Notes under the pieces: generated by a model
Database searches by the model: none
The model's input: the letters and a program-made list of their open reading frames with translations, nothing else
What the model was told of the DNA's origin: nothing
Assembly: GCA_036276135.1 (NCBI GenBank)
Contig: DATBEL010000066.1
Span: forward strand, 21,364-85,363
Length of the DNA: 64,000 nucleotides
Reading direction: 5' to 3'
Source: Candidatus Dormiibacterota bacterium
GTDB lineage: Bacteria; Chloroflexota; Dormibacteria; Aeolococcales; Aeolococcaceae
Position numbers and translations under genes: made by a program
Shown here: piece after piece, positions 1-10,551 of the stretch
Position numbering within the stretch: position 1 is the first letter of the stretch
Layout: each line of letters begins with the position of its first letter

Positions 1-45
1 GCGCGTCGAGCGGGACCTGCGCGTCGCATTCGGGACAGGGCGCGG

Positions 46-546
46 TCATCGCTTCCCCTCCAGGGCCGCCCAGCCGGCGCCGCGCACCAGCTCGACGAGC
101 CCGCCCGCCTCGGCGATGCGGATCGCCAGCACCGACGGCGCCTCGCCGCGCCAGCGTCGTGCCCCGGCGCTCACCGTTCCGCCGCGGACGTCGACAGCGA
201 TGTCGTCGCCGTCGCTGATCGCCGCCACCGCCTCGGGGCACCGGATCACCGGCAGCCCGATGTTGACCGCGTTGCGCGCGAAGATGCGCGCAAAGCTGGC
301 GGCCACGACCGCGACAACCCCGGCGGCCTGGATCGACACCGGCGCGTGCTCACGCGACGACCCGCAGCCGAAGTTGCGGCCGGCGACGAGCACGTCCCCC
401 GGCCGGACGGTGGTGGCGAACTCGGGCCGCGCCTCGCACAGGCAGGCTTGGGCCAGCGCCTGTGGATCGGTGGTGAGGTTGAAGCGGCCCGGCATGATCG
501 CGTCGGTGGAGACGCCGTCGCCGAGCACCCAGGCGCGCCCCATCAC
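46..546 (-). CDS. leuD: 3-isopropylmalate (or homoaconitate) dehydratase small subunit, small-type LeuD/HacB family, 166 aa
   Basis: ORF track protein carries the FGCGSSREHA motif of aconitase-family small subunits. It overlaps the upstream large-subunit gene by 4 nt. Confidence 0.85.
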   Translation of the reverse strand: MMGRAWVLGDGVSTDAIMPGRFNLTTDPQALAQACLCEARPEFATTVRPGDVLVAGRNFGCGSSREHAPVSIQAAGVVAVVAASFARIFARNAVNIGLPVIRCPEAVAAISDGDDIAVDVRGGTVSAGARRWRGEAPSVLAIRIAEAGGLVELVRGAGWAALEGKR

Positions 547-1778
547 CGCGCCCTCGTCGGGTCGGTGATGCAGCCCGCCACGGCGGTGGCCGCGGCGACC
601 GCTGGGCTGGCCAGGTAGATCTCAGCATCCGGGCTGCCCATGCGGCCCGGGTAGTTGCGGTTGCTGGTCGACACCACCCGCTCTCCGGCCGCGACGACGC
701 CATGCTGACGACCCAGGCACGGCCCGCAGCCCGGGTTCATGACCAGCGCCCCGGCCTCGATGATCGCCTCGATCCAGCCCCGTCGCAGCGCCTCGGTGTA
801 GATGCGCCGCGACGCGGGAACGACCACGGTGCGCGTCCCCGGGTGCACTGTGTGTCCCGCGAGATACGCGGCCGTTACCTCGATGTCCTCGAGGCGCCCG
901 TTGGTACAGCTGCCGATGTACACCTCGTCGATGGGCGTGCCGGCGACGTCGCCGATGTCGCGGACGTTGTCGGCCGCCGGCGGGATCGCCACCTGTGGTT
1001 GGAGGCCCGTGATGTCGACGTGCAGCGTCTCTGCGTACCGCGGTGAGCGCGCGGCCGGCAGCGGCACCCCCGGTTCCCGCGTGGTGGCGTTGAGCGTGGT
1101 GGCGTCAACCTCGCAGAGCCCTGCCTCGGCGCCCATGTCGGCGCTGAGGTTGGCCAGCGTGAGTCGCTGGTCGAGGGTCATCCGCTCGACCGTCTCACCG
1201 CCCCATTCGATCGCCATGCTGTCGGCGCCGTCGCCCCCGATCCGGCCGAGGACGTGCAGGGCGACGTCCTTGGCGGTCAACGGCTGCGCAAGGGCGCCGG
1301 TCACCTCGATGCGCATCGTCTGCGGCACCGAGAACCAGGTGCGCCCGGTGGCCAGGATGACGCCGACGTCGGTGCTCCCCATCCCGCTGGAGAAGCAGCC
1401 CAGCGCTCCATAGGTCGTGCTGTGCGAGTCGGCGCCGACGACGATACCGCCCGGTCGGGCGAAGCCCCGCTCGACCATGATGATGTGGCAGATCCCCTCG
1501 GCGAAGAGGTTGCGCACGGCGTGGTCGGCGGCGAATCGCCGGATGCGCTGGTGCAGCTCTGCGGCGGCGACGGTGGCGGCGGGCATGACGTGGTCGAAGA
1601 CGAGCACCACCCTGTGCGGGTCGTGCAGCGGCATCTCCATGCGTTCGAATGCCTCGATCGCCAGCGGAGCGGTGACGTCGTGGGCGACGACGCAATCGAC
1701 CGGCGCGACCACGGTGTCGCCCGCGGTCACCGGGTGGCCGGCGCGGGTGCCGATGATCTCCTCGACGAGCGTGCCCAC
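543..1778 (-). CDS. leuC: 3-isopropylmalate/homoaconitate dehydratase large subunit, small-type (411 aa) aconitase family
   Basis: Aconitase-family motifs are present (GSCTNGR, Fe-S ligand Cys region). It is translationally coupled to leuD, and its 411-aa length matches the archaeal/Thermus-type LeuC/HacA. Confidence 0.85.
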   Translation of the reverse strand: MGTLVEEIIGTRAGHPVTAGDTVVAPVDCVVAHDVTAPLAIEAFERMEMPLHDPHRVVLVFDHVMPAATVAAAELHQRIRRFAADHAVRNLFAEGICHIIMVERGFARPGGIVVGADSHSTTYGALGCFSSGMGSTDVGVILATGRTWFSVPQTMRIEVTGALAQPLTAKDVALHVLGRIGGDGADSMAIEWGGETVERMTLDQRLTLANLSADMGAEAGLCEVDATTLNATTREPGVPLPAARSPRYAETLHVDITGLQPQVAIPPAADNVRDIGDVAGTPIDEVYIGSCTNGRLEDIEVTAAYLAGHTVHPGTRTVVVPASRRIYTEALRRGWIEAIIEAGALVMNPGCGPCLGRQHGVVAAGERVVSTSNRNYPGRMGSPDAEIYLASPAVAAATAVAGCITDPTRAR

Positions 1779-1780
1779 GG

Positions 1781-2908
1781 TCAGCCCGCCGCCGATGCGC
1801 GCAGGAGGTCGTCGACGTCGTCGTCATGGAGGAGTCGTTCCCCGGCATGACGCTTCACCTCTGCGGTGACCCGGGCCAGCCAGTCGTCGTCGCCGGTGAT
1901 CCCCAGAGCCGCAGCGCGGGCGCGGACAGCGTTCCGTCCCACCAGCTCGTGGGCGACCAGCAGACGGCGCTCGACGCCGAACGGCTCGGGCGGGAAGGGC
2001 TCATAGCTGCGCGGGTCGTTGAGCACCGCCTTGGTGTGGATCCCCGCCTTGTGGTGGAACGCGAACGGCGCGGTGATCGGCGCGGTGAAGGGGATCTCGA
2101 TGCCGAGGATGGCGGCGACCATCGCGTCGAGCGCCGCCAGCCGGGGCAGCGCGTAGTGCTCCACGAGCTCGGGCTGCACGGTGTGCAGGCGCGCGATCAG
2201 CCCCGAGAGCGGCACGATGCCGTTGCGCTCACCGATGCCCAGGACGGTGGTGTCGATATGGGTCGCCCCGGCCTCCAGCGCGGCGAGCGCGTTGGCGACG
2301 GCGCAGCCGGTGTCGTTGTGGGCATGGAACTCGATGTCGCAGTCGACGACGTCGCGGAGCTGGCCGATCAGCCGTGTCACCTGCGCCGGCGTGGCGATGC
2401 CCACCGTGTCGGCGATGCCGACGCGGTCGACGCCGAGCTCGGCGACGGCGCCGTGGATGCGGAGCACGTCCGCCGGGTCCGAGCGGAAGGAGTCCTCGCA
2501 GCTGAACCGCACCTGCAGCCCGGCGCTGCGGACCAGCTCGATGCATGCGGCGGCGGCATCCAGGACCTCGCCGATGCGCAGGCCACCAGGGTGGGAGCGC
2601 AGCCACTCCGACGTTCCGAAGAGGAGGTCGACGCCGCCCACGCCGCAGTCGACGGCGAGTCGCACGTCGCCGGGGACGCAGCGGGTGTGGGTGAGCACGG
2701 TGGCGCGCAGTGGCAACGCGGCAATATCGCGACAGGACTGCTCCGCGAGGGCCGACGCCACGGGCGTCGTGACCTCGATGTACTCGACGCCGAACTCGTC
2801 GACGGCGTGGGCGATCTGCCGTCTCTGCAACGGCGTGAAGTGCGCGGCGGCGAACTGCTCGCCCTCGCGGAGCGTCGATTCGATGATCGACAGGCGCTCG
2901 ATGGTCAT
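1781..2908 (-). CDS. HMGL-like alpha-keto acid/acetyl-CoA synthase (2-isopropylmalate / citramalate / homocitrate synthase family). The short 375-aa form lacks the LeuA C-terminal regulatory domain.
   Basis: N-terminal TIM-barrel motifs of the LeuA/CimA/NifV family are present (ESTLREGEQ, HAHNDTG, TVLGIGERNG). At 375 aa it is comparable to Thermus homocitrate synthase or NifV. Confidence 0.8.
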   Translation of the reverse strand: MTIERLSIIESTLREGEQFAAAHFTPLQRRQIAHAVDEFGVEYIEVTTPVASALAEQSCRDIAALPLRATVLTHTRCVPGDVRLAVDCGVGGVDLLFGTSEWLRSHPGGLRIGEVLDAAAACIELVRSAGLQVRFSCEDSFRSDPADVLRIHGAVAELGVDRVGIADTVGIATPAQVTRLIGQLRDVVDCDIEFHAHNDTGCAVANALAALEAGATHIDTTVLGIGERNGIVPLSGLIARLHTVQPELVEHYALPRLAALDAMVAAILGIEIPFTAPITAPFAFHHKAGIHTKAVLNDPRSYEPFPPEPFGVERRLLVAHELVGRNAVRARAAALGITGDDDWLARVTAEVKRHAGERLLHDDDVDDLLRASAAG

Positions 2909-2949
2909 GTGATCGATCCGTGTGTGTGGATTGATGTTCTGCGTCGGGA

Positions 2950-2985
2950 GACATAAAAAGAGGACCCCCGCGGGGATCCTCTTCG
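2950..2985 (-). terminator. Rho-independent terminator-like hairpin plus U-run, read on the minus strand
   Basis: Plus-strand sequence is AAAAAGAGGACCCCCGCGGGGATCCTCTT. On the minus strand this is a GC-rich stem (AAGAGGA/TCCTCTT enclosing the CCCCGCGGGG palindrome) followed by TTTTT. It lies about 210 nt downstream of the cupredoxin-like gene stop and about 45-80 nt upstream of the synthase start. Confidence 0.5.
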
Positions 2986-3105
2986 GTGCTCGGTGTCGCC
3001 GGCTGAGCTTGGCTCAGCGAGCGGAGTCGCAGTGCACGTCAGGTTTCCCGGCGGGGAACGACCGTGCCATCGATTTGCGGGCGACGTGCGACATCTGCAT
3101 GAATT

Positions 3106-3141
3106 GACGAGCAGGGTACGGGACGTCCGGGGTTTTCGTCA
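3106..3141 (-). promoter_or_regulatory. Promoter-like -35/-10 pair on the minus strand (TTGACG-N18-TACCCT) upstream of the synthase leader
   Basis: Minus-strand reading gives TTGACG (plus-strand 3136-3141), an 18-nt spacer, then TACCCT (plus-strand 3112-3117). This would produce a leader of about 200 nt ending at the ATG at 2908. Confidence 0.3.
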
Positions 3142-3197
3142 ACCGCGGCAACCAACGCAGCCAAGCGAGGGTGATCGTGGCCGTGGGCGCGCCGGCG

Positions 3198-4010
3198 CTA
3201 CTGCCGGAAGAGGCGGAAGGACAGCACGCCGCCCCCGATGGCGACGAGCGTGAGGATGATCAGGACGATGATCACCAGCGGTGGGCCGCTGCCGGTGTTG
3301 CCGGTGCCGTCGCTCGCCAGGGGCAACGACGCCGCGGCGGATGGCGTGTCCGTGCTGGGCGTCGTGACCGCGACGGTGCCCGGGGTGTCGAACGCCGTCG
3401 GGCTCGGCGTGGGGCTCGGCGTCGGCGCGGGCGTTGGCGTGCTCGATGGGGCGGTGACCGGTCCCAGCGAGAGCTGCACCGGGGTGGGAGTGGGGCTGGC
3501 GGCGGCGGTGACCGTCACCGAGCCAAGGCCGCACGTCTGCGGAGATGGGAGGCAGTAGTAGTCATAGGTGCCGTACCCGGAGAACGTGAATGGATACGAC
3601 CCATCTGGGGTGACGAGTACACCCGGAGGAGGGAACGGAGAGTCACGGCCTGACCCTCCTCCGTCGTTGCCGCACGCAGGTATGGTGCACCGCACCAATG
3701 TCTGCGCGGTGCCGGTCCTGTTCTGCCAGGTCACCGTGCCGCCCGACGTCGTTGTGACTGCGCTGGGCTGCAAACAGTACCCGCCCGCGGCTGCCGCCGA
3801 ATGAGCGGAGCAGCCGCCGGTGACGATGCTCACCGTCACCGCAGCCGGGTTGGCCGCAACCGGTCGCGGGGCGAGGAGGCCCAACGACAAGGCCGCCGAT
3901 GCTGCGAGCGCCACGATGGCCGGAGCGCCGGCGCGCAGACGGAGCCGGTACCGCACGTGGTTCCCCCTGCCCGGACACGATCCCGCCCGTAGCTTATCCG
4001 CAGGAGACAA
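3198..4010 (-). CDS. Secreted, membrane-anchored cupredoxin-like protein with a Pro/Thr-rich linker and a C-terminal TM anchor; copper ligands apparently absent
   Basis: An N-terminal signal-like hydrophobic segment (AIVALAASAALSLGLLA) is followed by a cupredoxin-like strand pattern (GGTVTWQN ... GTYDYYC). Then comes a PT-rich linker (PTPTPVQ...TPTPAPTPSPTPSPT) and a C-terminal TM helix plus basic tail (PLVIIVLIILTLVAIGGGVLSFRLFRQ). Confidence 0.6.
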   Translation of the reverse strand: MSPADKLRAGSCPGRGNHVRYRLRLRAGAPAIVALAASAALSLGLLAPRPVAANPAAVTVSIVTGGCSAHSAAAAGGYCLQPSAVTTTSGGTVTWQNRTGTAQTLVRCTIPACGNDGGGSGRDSPFPPPGVLVTPDGSYPFTFSGYGTYDYYCLPSPQTCGLGSVTVTAAASPTPTPVQLSLGPVTAPSSTPTPAPTPSPTPSPTAFDTPGTVAVTTPSTDTPSAAASLPLASDGTGNTGSGPPLVIIVLIILTLVAIGGGVLSFRLFRQ

Positions 4011-4028
4011 CGCGCGGCGACCGTCGCG

Positions 4029-5105
4029 TCAGACCGCCATCGCGGCGATCACCGCGACCGCCACGTCGTCGGTCGTTGCCGTTCCGCCGAGATCGGGGGT
4101 GAGCACCCCCGCCGCGATCACCGTGTCGACGGCAGCGCTGACCGCGGCCGCGCCCGCAGAGCTGTCCAATGAGTGCTCCAGCATCAGGGCGACGCTGAGG
4201 ATCGCGCCGACCGGGTTGGCGGTGCCGCGGCCGGCGATGCCGGGGGCGCTGCCGTGGACGGGCTCGTAGAGCGCGGGACCGGCGCTCTTGCCGGCGCGCA
4301 GGCTGGCCGACGGCAGCAGGCCGATCGAACCGGACAGGGCAGCCGACTCATCGCTGAGGATGTCACCGAGGAGGTTCTCGGCGAGGATCACGTCGAGGTC
4401 GCGCGGTCGCTGCACCAGCCGCAGTGCGAAGCTGTCGACCAGCGCGTGCTCGAGGCTGACGGCCGGGTACTCGCGGGCGACGTCGTCGACCACCTCGCGC
4501 CAGAAGCGGCCGCTGGAGAGCACGTTGGCCTTGTCCACGGACACGAGCCGCTGACGGCGGCGCAACGCCAGCTCGAATGCGGGGCGCGCAACGCGCTCGA
4601 TCTCCGCCCGCGAGTACGCCATGGTGTCGAAGGCGCGCTCGTCGGCGCCGCTCCCGGAGCGGCCGCTCTCCCCGTAGTAGATGCCGCCGGCGAGCTCGCG
4701 AACCACGACGATGTCGCAGCCGGCGACGATCTCGGCGCGCAGGGTTGTGCGGTGCTCGAGCCCGGGGTGAACCCGAACCGGTCGAAGGTTGACGCACAGT
4801 TGCAGAGCACGCCGCAGCCGGATCAGCGAGGAGCCGGGCCTGGCGTCACCGGTGAGGTGGTCCCATCGCGGCGAACCGGTGGCCCCGAAGAGGATCGCGG
4901 TCGCGCCGGCGCACGCGGCGAATGTCGCGTCCGAGATGGGCGCGCCCTCGGCGTCGATGGCAGCGCCGCCCACGTGACGTTCCACGATGTCGATGCGCAC
5001 GTGGTGCATGTCGCAGGCAGCGCGGAGCACGCCCGCGGCGGCGCGTGTGACCTCGGGACCGACGCCGTCACCGGGGAGCACGACGATGCGCGCTGGACCG
5101 CCCAC
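4029..5105 (-). CDS. leuB: 3-isopropylmalate dehydrogenase / homoisocitrate-isocitrate dehydrogenase family protein
   Basis: The protein has the beta-decarboxylating dehydrogenase fold and motifs, with the N-terminal IVVLPGDGVGPEV and the Asp-rich metal site region (DVILAENLLGDILSDE). Confidence 0.85.
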   Translation of the reverse strand: MGGPARIVVLPGDGVGPEVTRAAAGVLRAACDMHHVRIDIVERHVGGAAIDAEGAPISDATFAACAGATAILFGATGSPRWDHLTGDARPGSSLIRLRRALQLCVNLRPVRVHPGLEHRTTLRAEIVAGCDIVVVRELAGGIYYGESGRSGSGADERAFDTMAYSRAEIERVARPAFELALRRRQRLVSVDKANVLSSGRFWREVVDDVAREYPAVSLEHALVDSFALRLVQRPRDLDVILAENLLGDILSDESAALSGSIGLLPSASLRAGKSAGPALYEPVHGSAPGIAGRGTANPVGAILSVALMLEHSLDSSAGAAAVSAAVDTVIAAGVLTPDLGGTATTDDVAVAVIAAMAV

Positions 5106-5173
5106 CCGCCGACGCTACCACCGCGGTCGCCGCGGCGGAGCAACGCGTGAACCGCCAGTGGGCAGCGCAGCGC

Positions 5174-5995
5174 TCAGTCGTCGTCCTCAGCGCGCTGGCT
5201 CGCCGACCCGGTGTGCCGTGCGCGCAGCACGGCGCCGCCCGGCGCCGCGCGAATCGTCCAGAAGTCAGCGGCAAGGCCGGCGTCGAGCACGTAGGCGTAG
5301 GGCATGTGTCCATAGCCGGCCTCGCCCCAGCCCGCGCCCCATGAGTTGCGGATGATGAAAGCCGACCGGGCATCGTCGTAGCCCACGCACACCACCGCGT
5401 GGCCGCCGACGGGGCTCTCCGACGGCTGCGGCAGCGGGATCACCCCTGTGCGCGCAACCTCTGGCGACTCGAACGAGCTGAACACGGTGAAGCCGAACAC
5501 GAATGTGAAGCGCGAGGCGATGCACGTCTTCAGCTGAGCCAGCGACTGGGTCACCCGCTGGTAGCTGCCGACGCGGTCGCGCACCGCGTCGCTGAACGCC
5601 TGCTGTGGCGGCCGCTCCGCGAACCTGCTGATGTCGTACGGCCAGTCGGTCTCCGGACAGACCCCGTCCGCCGCGATCGCCTTGATGCCGTCGCGGAGCT
5701 GCGCGCCGCTGTCGCTGGCGACGGTGCCCTCGAGGACGCGCTCGTTGTAGTAGATGAAGAGCCGCGACGGTGTCCAGGTGGGCGCGATGCCGGAGCGGAT
5801 CTCGTCGAACTGCACCGCCCCGGCGATGGCATTGGCGGTGCAGGAGCCGAGCTGCCCCTGGTCGTAGACGGGCGGGCACTGGGGGCGGAGATCGACGGCG
5901 GCAGGCAGCTCCGCCGACGCCAGGGGAGGCGCCAGCCAGTAGCGGTCGCGGTGGTCGGGAAGGTCGCGAACCCACCCGTAGCCGGCGATTCTCAC
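5174..5995 (-). CDS. Papain-like cysteine peptidase, C1 family, cytoplasmic (no signal peptide or propeptide)
   Basis: Catalytic motifs are present: Q-x-x-GSC (QGQLGSCTANA), the His region GGHAVVCVGYD, and the Asn region NSWGAGWGEAGY. Confidence 0.75.
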   Translation of the reverse strand: MRIAGYGWVRDLPDHRDRYWLAPPLASAELPAAVDLRPQCPPVYDQGQLGSCTANAIAGAVQFDEIRSGIAPTWTPSRLFIYYNERVLEGTVASDSGAQLRDGIKAIAADGVCPETDWPYDISRFAERPPQQAFSDAVRDRVGSYQRVTQSLAQLKTCIASRFTFVFGFTVFSSFESPEVARTGVIPLPQPSESPVGGHAVVCVGYDDARSAFIIRNSWGAGWGEAGYGHMPYAYVLDAGLAADFWTIRAAPGGAVLRARHTGSASQRAEDDD

Positions 5996-6307
5996 GGCGC
6001 GGATTTTGCGCTGTCGGCCACCCCGATCGGGCCGGACCCGGGCGGTGGCCGGCGGCGCCGGACGGGCTCCGGCGCTGGGCGCTGAGAGCGAGTGCTACGC
6101 TCGCGCGCAGTCGCCAGCAGCCAGATGCAGTCGCGAGGTCCCTCCATGCCCACGGGCACACCCGCCGCCCGCCCACGCCGCGCATCCACCACGCGCGGCG
6201 GCAAGTCCGCCACCGCAACTGCCGCCGTGCGCCGCGCAGCGCCGGCCAGACCAGGGACGGCGGGCGCCAACGGGGCGCGCCCGAGGCGGCGGACGGCGCA
6301 CCAATGG

Positions 6308-8947
<2,640 letters not shown>

Positions 8948-8955
8948 GCACAGCG

Positions 8956-9480
8956 ATGGTGACCGGGCCGCGGGTTCCGCCACAGCTGGAGACGGAGCGC
9001 CTGCTGCTCCGGCAGTGGCGCGACAGCGACCTCGACGCCTATGCCGAGCTGCTGGCGGACCCAGCGGTGATGCGCTTCCTCGGTGACGGTTCCACGGCGG
9101 GACGCGACGACGCCTGGCGCCACATGGCGCTGCACGCCGGCGCCTGGTCGCTGCGCGGCTTCAGCCACTGGGCGGTCGAGCTCCGCGAGTCGGGCGAGCT
9201 CATCGGCAGGCTGGGGCCGTGGTTTCCCGAAGGATGGCCGGGACTCGAGATCGGCTGGGTGATCGCCCCACGGCACCAGGGACGCGGCTACGCGACCGAG
9301 GGCGCGCGCACAGCTCTTCGCGTCGCCCACGAGCACCTCGACACGAATGTGATCTCATTGATCCGGCCGGGCAACGAGCCGTCGGCGGCGGTGGCACGCA
9401 AGCTGGGCGGAACGCTCGACCGCACCATCGATTTCATGGGCGGCAGCCTGCTGGTGTACGCGTACCCGCCGCCGGGTTGA
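8956..9480 (+). CDS. GNAT family N-acetyltransferase (RimJ/RimL-like)
   Basis: An acetyl-CoA binding motif region is present (RHQGRGYATEGARTAL). The ATG at 8956 comes right after the ppdK stop, and the ORF-track start at 8869 overlaps ppdK. Confidence 0.75.
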   Translation: MVTGPRVPPQLETERLLLRQWRDSDLDAYAELLADPAVMRFLGDGSTAGRDDAWRHMALHAGAWSLRGFSHWAVELRESGELIGRLGPWFPEGWPGLEIGWVIAPRHQGRGYATEGARTALRVAHEHLDTNVISLIRPGNEPSAAVARKLGGTLDRTIDFMGGSLLVYAYPPPG

Positions 9481-9613
9481 ACGACCTTCACCCGATGTCC
9501 GCGGGGACCCCCAAGGTTAATGTCAGACATGACAGCAACAACACCTGCCCGCGGGGCACCGGGGCTGCATCGGCTACGATGCCCGCGGCCCAACCGACAC
9601 AGGGAGTTGACAG

Positions 9614-10165
9614 ATGCCGGCACCACGGGGCGGCAAGAAGCCGAGCGAGCGCAAACCGGCACGAGCCGGCAAGAAGCCAGCCACCCGCGCGGGTCGTCCG
9701 CCGGCGCGCCCCTTCGCGCCGCCTGCCGATCCGAGCGCAGGCCCGCCACGCGAGCTGCGCCCCTTCCGTGGAGCTGCCGAGCCAAGGGTGGAATCGACGG
9801 CGGGACTCCGCCACGAGCTCATCGACCTGCGCGCCGAGGTGCATCGCCTCGCCGCCGAGATCGACAAGCTGTGGGCGCGCGAGCGAGGCCGTGGCGCGGC
9901 CGCTCCGGGGCGGACTGCCCGGAGCATCGCCGGCAAGCCGGTGCGCACCGGGACGCGGGCGGCCCGGTCGGGAGGCCGCGGCGGCGCGGCGGGACCGCGG
10001 CCCAACACGGGTCCCAAGCGGTCTCCTGGGGCGAAGGCCTCGGCCGGTGCCAAGCGGTCTGCCGGCCCCAGGAGGGCGCCCGGGGCCAAGCGTGGCAGCG
10101 GTTGGGCCAAGCCCAAGTCGAAGTCGCGACGCTCGGGAACCACCCCGCGGCGCCGGGGTCGGTGA
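9614..10165 (+). CDS. Hypothetical highly basic low-complexity protein with a central amphipathic/coiled-coil helix and a Lys/Arg/Ala/Gly/Ser repeat tail
   Basis: A GGGAG ribosome-binding site precedes the ATG. The central helix reads LRHELIDLRAEVHRLAAEIDKLWARER. The C-terminal tail carries repeats of the PGAKASAGAKRSAGPRRAPGAKRGSG type, reminiscent of histone-like tails. Confidence 0.55.
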   Translation: MPAPRGGKKPSERKPARAGKKPATRAGRPPARPFAPPADPSAGPPRELRPFRGAAEPRVESTAGLRHELIDLRAEVHRLAAEIDKLWARERGRGAAAPGRTARSIAGKPVRTGTRAARSGGRGGAAGPRPNTGPKRSPGAKASAGAKRSAGPRRAPGAKRGSGWAKPKSKSRRSGTTPRRRGR

Positions 10166-10212
10166 GACAGGGCCGCACGGCCGCGTCCATCCTTGCGGCT
10201 ATCCTCAACCCC

Positions 10213-10479
10213 GTGGCAGAGCACGTCCGCGTCCGCAAGGTGTCGACCAGGGACGGCCGCCCGGTGATGCTCGACGATGGCCACGTCGTCGAGGGCGACG
10301 AGTTGCAGTCGCCCACCCCCGGCATGCCGTACAGCGTGCGCCGCAGCGTCGCCGAACATGACGAGGCACCCGACGTGTTCATGACATCGCCGATCCGCGC
10401 TGTGATCACCGACGGCGGTGGGGCGATCACGCTGCTCACCGACAACTCGCGGTACGCGGTGGAGGTGATCGGACGCTGA
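10213..10479 (+). CDS. Small hypothetical protein, 71-89 aa depending on start (GTG at 10213 or ATG at 10267)
   Basis: Codon usage is GC3-rich and the ORF sits in the same orientation between two hypothetical genes. The C-terminus reads GGGAITLLTDNSRYAVEVIGR. Confidence 0.3.
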   Translation: MAEHVRVRKVSTRDGRPVMLDDGHVVEGDELQSPTPGMPYSVRRSVAEHDEAPDVFMTSPIRAVITDGGGAITLLTDNSRYAVEVIGR

Positions 10480-10551
10480 TGACGCGGACGGCTGGTCTGG
10501 CGATCACCTACTCTTACGGCCCGCGCCTGATCTCCGTTTGGTGACGCTGAG

